A stretch of DNA of 64,000 nt. It comes from an uncultured delta proteobacterium. Its GTDB lineage: Bacteria > Desulfobacterota > Binatia > Binatales > Binataceae. Below, piece after piece: positions 56,984 to 64,000 of the stretch. The notes beneath the pieces are model-generated. The model worked only from the letters and a program-made list of their open reading frames with translations, was not told the origin of the DNA and did not search any database. The position numbers were made by a program, and so were the translations under genes. The stretch spans positions 224,001-288,000 of the forward strand of contig CAVQEQ010000002.1 in the NCBI GenBank assembly GCA_963711565.1, read 5' to 3'. Within the stretch, counting starts at the first letter, position 1, and the number at the start of each line of letters is the position of its first letter.

Positions 56984-58180
56984 GTGACCAGTTCATTGAA
57001 TAGCTTGAATACTTTGCGGACGTGTCGATTGCGAAATTGTGCCTTATTGATGGCGGCGGCGATTGCAATTTCCGCATGCGGAAAGAAGACCGGCCCAGCC
57101 ATCACGCCTCCCACCGTTACGGTCGCGACTCCGGTTACACAGGACGTAGCGGATCACCTCGACTTTACCGGCAACACGGTAGCGGTGGATTCTGTGACGC
57201 TGGTCGCGCGGGTGGAAGGTTATCTGGACAAGGTCCACTTTACCGACGGGGCGCTGGTTAAGAAGGGCGACCTGCTGTTCACGATTCAACAGCAACAGTA
57301 CAAAGATCAGTTACAACAGGCACTGGCGCAGGTCGCGACGCAGAAGGCAGCACTATTCCATTCGACCACTGAGCTGGCGCGCTACAAGGGCCTTGAAAAG
57401 CAGGGCGCTGCCACGCAAACGGAAGTGGATCACTGGCAGTACGAGCGGGCGGCCGCGGCTGCCGGTCTCTCCAGTGCCCAGGCACAGACCAGTCTTGACC
57501 GGCTGAACCTCAGTTACACTGAAGTGCGCGCCCCTTTTGATGGCCGGATGGGACGTCACCTGGTAAATCCCGGCAACCTGGTTGGCGCTGGCACCAACAT
57601 ACAGCTAGCCGAGATCAACCGCGTCGATCCCATGTACGTCTATTTCACGGTTGCTGAGACCGAACTGCTCAAGATTCGCCGGCGCATGAAAGAACCCTCC
57701 GGCGGCGAACTCCCGTCGCAGCCGATCCCGTTCTACTTCGGCCTTACGGATGAGGAAGGCTATCCGCATCAAGGGAAACTCGATTTCGCTTCGCTCAGCG
57801 TCGCGCCGACCACGGGCACACTGCAGTTGCGAGGCATCTTTCCCAATCCGGGGTCGTTCATAGTTCCCGGCTTGTTCGTGCGGGTCAGGGTGGTCGCGCC
57901 CGAGAAGCATCCTGCTCTGCTGATCCCGGCCACTGCCGTGAGCTTCGATGAACAGGGTGAGTACGTCCTGGTTGTAGATAGCCAGAACATCGTTCGGCGC
58001 AAAAGCGTAAAAACCGGTACTCAGATCGGTCAACAGTACGTGATTGATGAAGGCCTGAGTCCGCAGGATCGAGTTGTTACCGAGGGGCTGCTGCAAGCTA
58101 TTCCAGGCCGCGAAGTCAATCCCGAACTGCAATCGCAGGGCACCGCACAGGACGCCGGCCAGGCAGCGAGTAGTCACTAA
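56984..58180 (+). CDS. RND efflux periplasmic adaptor
   Basis: Lipobox ISAC, ARVEGYL, LNLSYTEVRAPFDG, TGTL..R, PGLFVR. Confidence 0.92.
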   Translation: MTSSLNSLNTLRTCRLRNCALLMAAAIAISACGKKTGPAITPPTVTVATPVTQDVADHLDFTGNTVAVDSVTLVARVEGYLDKVHFTDGALVKKGDLLFTIQQQQYKDQLQQALAQVATQKAALFHSTTELARYKGLEKQGAATQTEVDHWQYERAAAAAGLSSAQAQTSLDRLNLSYTEVRAPFDGRMGRHLVNPGNLVGAGTNIQLAEINRVDPMYVYFTVAETELLKIRRRMKEPSGGELPSQPIPFYFGLTDEEGYPHQGKLDFASLSVAPTTGTLQLRGIFPNPGSFIVPGLFVRVRVVAPEKHPALLIPATAVSFDEQGEYVLVVDSQNIVRRKSVKTGTQIGQQYVIDEGLSPQDRVVTEGLLQAIPGREVNPELQSQGTAQDAGQAASSH

Positions 58181-58189
58181 GGCTAGCCA

Positions 58190-61100
58190 ATGTCGAAGTT
58201 CTTTATCGAGCGGCCGGTCCTCGCGAACGTCTTCGCGGTAGTGATCGTACTGCTCGGGTTTGTTTGTCTCTACTCCTTGCCCGTCTCACAGTATCCGCCA
58301 ATCGTGCCGCCGACGATCCAGGTGACCACGAACTATCCGGGCTCGAGCGCTGAAACTGTCGCCAAGACGGTGGGCGTACCGATCGAGCAGTCGGTCAACG
58401 GCGTAAAGAACGCGATCTACATGCAATCCACCAGCGGCAGCGACGGAAGTTATACGCTGACCGTCTCCTTCACGATCGGAACCGATCTCGACACCTCGCT
58501 CGCGCTGGTCCAGAACGCGGTCAACGGATCGCTCTCGGAACTGCCTGCGCCCGTGAAGGACCAGGGAGTGAACGTCAAGGAAGTCACCACCAACATCCTG
58601 CTGATGGAGAGTCTTTACTCGGATGACAACCGCTTCGATGAAACTTTCCTCAGCAACTATGCGACCATCAACCTGGTTAATCCTATCGCTCGCATCCCAG
58701 GGGTAGGTCAGGTCAAGGTCATAGGCGCCGGTGCCTATAGCATGCGCATCTGGCTCGATCCCAACAAGCTCAAAACCTTCGGGCTGACCGTGCTCGATGT
58801 ACAGAACTCGATTCAGTCTCAAAACAACCAGGTCGCCTCGGGTCAGATAGGTGGGCCGCCGGTTCCATCGAACCAGGTCTTCCAGTTCACGGTTAACACC
58901 CAGGGACGCCTGTCGGATCCGAAAGAGTTCGAAAACATCATCATCAAAAGTCGCCTTGCGCCGACCCTGGCAGGACAAACCGTTAACAGCGCTCAACCGA
59001 GCGAGACTGCCTCGATAGTGCGGCTCAAAGACGTTGCAAAGATCGAGATGAGCCAGCAGCAGTTCACGCTGTTCTCCAATCTGAGCGGCAAAAAGGCAGG
59101 CCATATCGCGATCTATGCGCTGCCCGGCGCAAATTCGCTGCAGGTCGCGTCCGCCGTGCGCGCACTGATGGCGAAGATGAGCAGCACCTTCCCGGAAGGA
59201 CTCAAATACACTCCGCTCTATGACACCACCGTCTTCATTGGCCAGGCAATTCACGCGGTGTATGTGACGCTGGGCGAGGCGGGCATCCTCGTTCTGATCG
59301 TCATCGTAATTTTTCTTCAGAACTTCCGCGCGATGCTGGTTCCCGCTACGACCGTACCAGTCACGATAATAGGCGCTTTTGCGGCGATGGCATTGCTCGG
59401 TTTTTCGGTCAACTTGATGACTCTGTTCGCCTTGATCCTTGCGATCGGAATCGTAGTGGATGACGCTATCGTCATTGTCGAGAACTGTACGCACTACATA
59501 GAAGAAGGACTCAGTCCCAAGGACTCGGCCATCAAAGCCATGGGCGAGCTCACTGGCCCTGTTCTTGGCGTCACCCTGGTTCTTACTTCAGTCTTCTTGC
59601 CGGCTTCTTTCCTGCCCGGTATCACCGGACAGATGTTTCGTCAGTTCGCGCTGGTGATCGCATCGACCGCACTTATCAGCGCTGCCAACGCACTCACGCT
59701 CAAGCCCACACAGTGTGCGCTCTATCTCAGACCCAGGCCTAAGGACTACAAACCCAACTGGTTTTACAGTGAGTTCAATCGAGGGTTTGCGGCCGTCGAG
59801 GATCGCTACATAGGACTTGTCAGCTGGATGGTCGCTCGCCCTTTCACGATGGTAGCAGGGTTCTTCGCCGTATTGTTCCTGGTTGGATTTGCTTTCTCGA
59901 TCTACCCGACTTCCTTGCTGCCGCTCGAAGACCAGGGATACTGCATCATTTCGGCTGAACTACCCGAGGGATCCGCTCAGCCCCGGGTAAGAGAGGTCTC
60001 CGACCGAATCAACGCGATATTGAAAGAGAGTCCCGGCATCAAGGGCTGGGTTACGATGGGTGGATTCTCGGCGCTGGACTCCGCCAACGTTTCGAACTAC
60101 GTCACGGTGTTCTGCATCTATGATGACTGGAGCAAGCGTCCAGCAGGTCTGACCCAGGCCGGAATAATTAAACATATTCAGGAAAAGGTTCAGTCTATTC
60201 GCACAGCTTCATTCGATGTGATGCCGCCGTCTCCGATTCCCGGCCTGGGAACGGCGTTCGGATTTCAGATGGTAGTCGAGGATCGCGCCAGCAATGGACT
60301 CCGCGAATTGCAGAAGGCCACTCACGTGTTGCTCGATCGGGCGCAGAGCGTGGATGGCTTTCTGCGCCTCGGCTTTACCACCTTCAGCGATAACAGTCCG
60401 CAGATCTATCTCAACATCGATCGAACGATGGCCGAGTCGCTTGGTGTTCCGGTCAACGATGTTTCCGAGACTCTGCAAACCTATCTCGGCTCGACCTACG
60501 TAAATCAGTTCAACAAATTCAACCAGGCCTTTCAGGTTCGCGTTCAGGCCGAGGCCGACTCTCGTCGCGCACTGGCCGACATACAAAATCTCGACGTGAT
60601 GAACAAGGAAGGCCAGATGGTGCCCCTGGGTGCGCTGCTTTCGGTCCGCAGGATGCTGGGCTCCGAGCTGGTCACGCGCTACAACCTTTATCCCGCTGCT
60701 ATCCTGACCGGAATTCCGATGCCCTCGTACAGCTCCGGACAGGCACTAAGCATGATGGCGAACTTCGCCGATGAAACGCTGCCTGCAGGTATGAGTTACG
60801 AATGGACGGGACTTGCCTATCAGGAAGAACAAACCGGGAGTCAGGCTTACTTTATCTTTGCACTGTCGATCACGCTCGTCTATCTGGTCCTCGCGGCGCA
60901 GTACGAGAGCTGGACCGATCCTATCGCAGTTATCCTGGTAGTACCGACGGCTCTCATAGGTATCCTCGTAGCGTTGGTTATCCGGAAGTTTCCTGTGGAT
61001 CTGTACACGCAGATAGGACTGGTCCTTATGATCGCGCTGGCAGCGAAGAACGCGATCCTTATTGTCGAGTTTGCTCGTGATCTTGCGGCGCAAGGGATGG

Positions 61101-61393
61101 GAACCATGGAAGCCGCCGTGGAAGCAACCCGCCGACGCTTTCGGCCGATACTAATGACGTCCATCGCGTTCATTCTCGGCGTGGTTCCGCTGTTGACCGC
61201 CACCGGCGCCGGCGCCGCGAGCCAGCAGTCATTAGGTACGGTAGTCTTCGGCGGAATGCTCGCTTCGACTCTTCTTGCGATCCCCTTCGTGCCGGTGTTC
61301 TTTGTCTCCGTCCGCCACATCTTCGGACCGCTATCAGCGCCAGCAGTAGCACCCGGCGCTCCGCGTCAGGGGCCAGCTGTGCCCTCGAATTGA
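58190..61393 (+). CDS. RND efflux permease (HAE1/AcrB family)
   Basis: FFIERP, IGIVVDDAIVIVEN, AKNAILIVEFA, RFRPILMTS. Confidence 0.95.
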   Translation: MSKFFIERPVLANVFAVVIVLLGFVCLYSLPVSQYPPIVPPTIQVTTNYPGSSAETVAKTVGVPIEQSVNGVKNAIYMQSTSGSDGSYTLTVSFTIGTDLDTSLALVQNAVNGSLSELPAPVKDQGVNVKEVTTNILLMESLYSDDNRFDETFLSNYATINLVNPIARIPGVGQVKVIGAGAYSMRIWLDPNKLKTFGLTVLDVQNSIQSQNNQVASGQIGGPPVPSNQVFQFTVNTQGRLSDPKEFENIIIKSRLAPTLAGQTVNSAQPSETASIVRLKDVAKIEMSQQQFTLFSNLSGKKAGHIAIYALPGANSLQVASAVRALMAKMSSTFPEGLKYTPLYDTTVFIGQAIHAVYVTLGEAGILVLIVIVIFLQNFRAMLVPATTVPVTIIGAFAAMALLGFSVNLMTLFALILAIGIVVDDAIVIVENCTHYIEEGLSPKDSAIKAMGELTGPVLGVTLVLTSVFLPASFLPGITGQMFRQFALVIASTALISAANALTLKPTQCALYLRPRPKDYKPNWFYSEFNRGFAAVEDRYIGLVSWMVARPFTMVAGFFAVLFLVGFAFSIYPTSLLPLEDQGYCIISAELPEGSAQPRVREVSDRINAILKESPGIKGWVTMGGFSALDSANVSNYVTVFCIYDDWSKRPAGLTQAGIIKHIQEKVQSIRTASFDVMPPSPIPGLGTAFGFQMVVEDRASNGLRELQKATHVLLDRAQSVDGFLRLGFTTFSDNSPQIYLNIDRTMAESLGVPVNDVSETLQTYLGSTYVNQFNKFNQAFQVRVQAEADSRRALADIQNLDVMNKEGQMVPLGALLSVRRMLGSELVTRYNLYPAAILTGIPMPSYSSGQALSMMANFADETLPAGMSYEWTGLAYQEEQTGSQAYFIFALSITLVYLVLAAQYESWTDPIAVILVVPTALIGILVALVIRKFPVDLYTQIGLVLMIALAAKNAILIVEFARDLAAQGMGTMEAAVEATRRRFRPILMTSIAFILGVVPLLTATGAGAASQQSLGTVVFGGMLASTLLAIPFVPVFFVSVRHIFGPLSAPAVAPGAPRQGPAVPSN

Positions 61394-61467
61394 CGACCTA
61401 GTTCGTCTCCATAGAGTTGGCGCACGCGACACCTAAGCAAAACCGGATCCTGAGGAGCGAGACCAAC

Positions 61468-64000
61468 ATGCCCGCCGAGCGAGAACGTCTCTACCAGGAG
61501 CGCATTCACCAAACGCCGTGGAAGCGGTGGGGTCCTTACCTTAGCGAGCGCCAGTGGGGCACCGTACGCGAAGACTATAGCGACACGGGCGACGCTTGGA
61601 ACTACTTCAGCCATGATCAGGCCCGCTCGCGTGCCTACCGATGGGGCGAGGACGGCCTGGCAGGTCTCTCCGACGACAAGCAAGCGCTGTGCTTTGCACT
61701 AGCTCTATGGAACGGCAAGGACCCTATCTTAAAGGAGCGGCTCTTCGGACTCACGAACAGCGAGGGAAACCATGGCGAGGACGTGAAAGAGTACTACTTC
61801 TACCTTGACAGTACGCCGACACACTCGTACATGAAGTACCTCTACAAGTATCCCCAAGCGGCCTATCCTTACGGCGACCTGATAAAAGTCAATGCGCGCC
61901 GCACACGCAACGACCCAGAGTATGAGCTTCTGGACACGGGAATCTTTGACGGCGACCGTTATTTCGACATTTTTGTAGAATATGCCAAGGCCGCCCCCGA
62001 CGACATTCTAATAAGGATAACGGTGTGGAACCGGGGACCCGAACCGGCGCCACTGTATTTGTTGCCGACTCTCTGGTTCCGCAATGACTGGTCATCATGG
62101 ATTTCTAGACCCGCCGAGCGACCGACTCTCAAGTGGATCGAAGCTCCGTCTGGTAGCACAGCCATAGCCGCTGAGCATCGCGAACTCGGAAAGTACCATC
62201 TGTATTGCGAAGGTGAGGTGCCGCTTCTCTTTACCGAGAACGAGACCAACAACCAGCGCCTCTTTCCCGAATATCCCAACGCCTGCCCCTATGTGAAAGA
62301 CGGCATCAACGACTTCGTGACGAATGGGAAACCAACGGTGAATCCGGACCTGCGCGGGACCAAAGCCGCGGCGCGCTACCGATTCACGATAAACTCTGGG
62401 CAATCGGCAACGGCGCGATTACGCTTGACTGGTCAAGCGCTCGGGGAACAGTCAAAGGGCGGCGGGAAAGATGCTTTTTCGTTCGGGAAGAATTTTGATG
62501 AGATCTTTGCAGCCCGCCTGGACGAGGCCGACGAGTTCTACCGGTCGGTGATCCCGGCTGCGGCGTCCCCGGACGCGGCCAATGTGATGCGTCAAGCGCT
62601 CGCTGGAATGCTGTGGACTAAGCAGTTCTACTACCTGGACGCGGATAAGTGGTTGGACGAACATCGCGCCAATCCGTTGAAACACGGAATCCGGCACTCC
62701 CGCAACCAGGAGTGGTACCACATGCTCAACGACGACGTCATCTCGATGCCCGACAAATGGGAGTATCCATGGTATGCGGCTTGGGACCTCGCCTTTCATA
62801 CCGTCGCGCTTTCGACCGTGGACCCGGAGTTCGCCCGTCAGCAGATACGTCTCATGCTCAAGGGGTTATATATGCACCCCAACGGCCAGATTCCCGCCTA
62901 CGAGTGGAACTTCAGCGATGTTAACCCGCCGGTCCATGCCTGGGCGACTCTATTCCTGCATCGCACGGAGCAGGCCCTGGGGGCCGAAACTGATATCGAT
63001 TTCCTCAAGTGGTGTTTTGAAAAGCTCCTCTTGAATTTCACTTGGTGGATCAATCGCAAGGACCGGTTCGGCAAGAATGTTTTCGAAGGTGGTTTCCTGG
63101 GTCTCGACAATATCGGGATTTTCGATCGGAGCGCACCTTTGCCCACTGGAGGCAGCCTCGAGCAGGCCGACGGCACCGCATGGATGGCGCTGTACAGCCA
63201 AAACATGGCAGAACTGGCGATAGAACTCCTTGCCTACGACCACACCTCCGAAGATATGGTGGTCAAGTTCCTCGAGCACTTCCTTTACATCGCTACAGCT
63301 ATGAACCGTCCCGGCGACGACGGGATGTGGGACGAGGAAGACGGCTTCTACTACGATCTCTTGCGACTCCCGGACGGCAGCGCCAAACGGCTCAAGGTGC
63401 GATCGATGGTAGGGCTGCTGCCGCTCTGCGCAACCACTGTCGTCGAGCGATGGCAACGCGAACGGATGCCGTCGGCGATGACTCTCTTGGATAGACGGCG
63501 CCAGCGGATGCCCGAGCTATGGAATTACATTCATCCTACCGGGCCCGGGCATTTCGGAATCTACGAGCGCGGCATCATAGCTTTGGTTGGTCCCGAGCGT
63601 TTGCGCCGAATCCTTTCTAGAGTGCTCGATGAGAACGAATTTCTGGGTCCTACCGGCATTCGTTCTCTATCGAAGTTTCACGAGCATCATCCCTATATCC
63701 TGAACGTCGGTGACCGGGAGTATCGCGTAGACTACTTGCCGGCGGAGTCGAACACCGGCATGTTTGGCGGTAACTCAAACTGGCGAGGCCCAGTGTGGTT
63801 TCCGGTGAATATCATAGTTATTCGGGCACTATTGCAGTTCTATCTCTATTACGGCGACAACTTTAAGATCGAATGCCCTACTGGTTCCGGCAAACTAATG
63901 AATCTTTTTCAAGTGAGCCACGAGATAACCCGTAGGCTTGGCGCTACCTTTCTGCGTGACAAAGATGGCCGTCGTCCTGTGTACGGGGGCAGCGAGAAAT
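61468..64000 (+). CDS. MGH1-like / GH63 glucosidase (3'-partial; absent from the ORF track because no stop lies in the window)
   Basis: WKRWGPYLSERQWGTVREDYS, SMPDKWEYPWYAAWDLAFH, GGFLGLDNIG, FGGNSNWRGPVW; GAGGAG RBS. Confidence 0.9.
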   Translation, partial: MPAERERLYQERIHQTPWKRWGPYLSERQWGTVREDYSDTGDAWNYFSHDQARSRAYRWGEDGLAGLSDDKQALCFALALWNGKDPILKERLFGLTNSEGNHGEDVKEYYFYLDSTPTHSYMKYLYKYPQAAYPYGDLIKVNARRTRNDPEYELLDTGIFDGDRYFDIFVEYAKAAPDDILIRITVWNRGPEPAPLYLLPTLWFRNDWSSWISRPAERPTLKWIEAPSGSTAIAAEHRELGKYHLYCEGEVPLLFTENETNNQRLFPEYPNACPYVKDGINDFVTNGKPTVNPDLRGTKAAARYRFTINSGQSATARLRLTGQALGEQSKGGGKDAFSFGKNFDEIFAARLDEADEFYRSVIPAAASPDAANVMRQALAGMLWTKQFYYLDADKWLDEHRANPLKHGIRHSRNQEWYHMLNDDVISMPDKWEYPWYAAWDLAFHTVALSTVDPEFARQQIRLMLKGLYMHPNGQIPAYEWNFSDVNPPVHAWATLFLHRTEQALGAETDIDFLKWCFEKLLLNFTWWINRKDRFGKNVFEGGFLGLDNIGIFDRSAPLPTGGSLEQADGTAWMALYSQNMAELAIELLAYDHTSEDMVVKFLEHFLYIATAMNRPGDDGMWDEEDGFYYDLLRLPDGSAKRLKVRSMVGLLPLCATTVVERWQRERMPSAMTLLDRRRQRMPELWNYIHPTGPGHFGIYERGIIALVGPERLRRILSRVLDENEFLGPTGIRSLSKFHEHHPYILNVGDREYRVDYLPAESNTGMFGGNSNWRGPVWFPVNIIVIRALLQFYLYYGDNFKIECPTGSGKLMNLFQVSHEITRRLGATFLRDKDGRRPVYGGSEK

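Noticed and set aside
1-64000. CRISPR array, transposase/integrase, intact tRNA or rRNA
   Set aside because: No regularly spaced repeats, recombinase motifs or full cloverleaf seen by eye; the island has no visible mobility genes or flanking direct repeats

Overview
GC-rich bacterial window with no rRNA, intact tRNA, CRISPR array or transposase visible. The gene content (DUF1329, paired acyl-CoA dehydrogenases, ferritin-like diiron protein) suggests a Binatota/Desulfobacterota-like soil organism, but this is an inference. The main feature is a ~26 kb 'fluoride island' (about 16976-42655) carrying six fluoride (crcB-motif) riboswitches at 17565+, 24810-, 25260-, 26058+, 28016+ and 35825+. They head these units: ilvD plus two MutS-domain-V ATPases; a hypothetical protein, an unusual inorganic pyrophosphatase and a dynamin-like GTPase; a DUF190-4xCBS fusion plus crcB (Fluc); a six-gene hydrogenase-4-like complex lacking the NiFe ligands (Ehr type); and an uncharacterised operon (Cys/His Zn-finger protein, metallophosphoesterase, HEAT-like protein, second dynamin fused to the same Zn-finger domain, MFS, dynamin-associated helical protein). 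Left flank: a GT2-DUF4922-SpoIID trio, a lipid-metabolism cluster, and a MarR-EmrAB-SDR unit with a duplicated operator/leader module. Right flank: two paralogous signal-peptide small ORFs upstream of DUF1329, an Xth/Prim-PolC/LigC repair cassette, an RND efflux operon, a 3'-partial GH63-like glucosidase and several gene remnants. All family assignments come from motif recognition by eye, not database searches.
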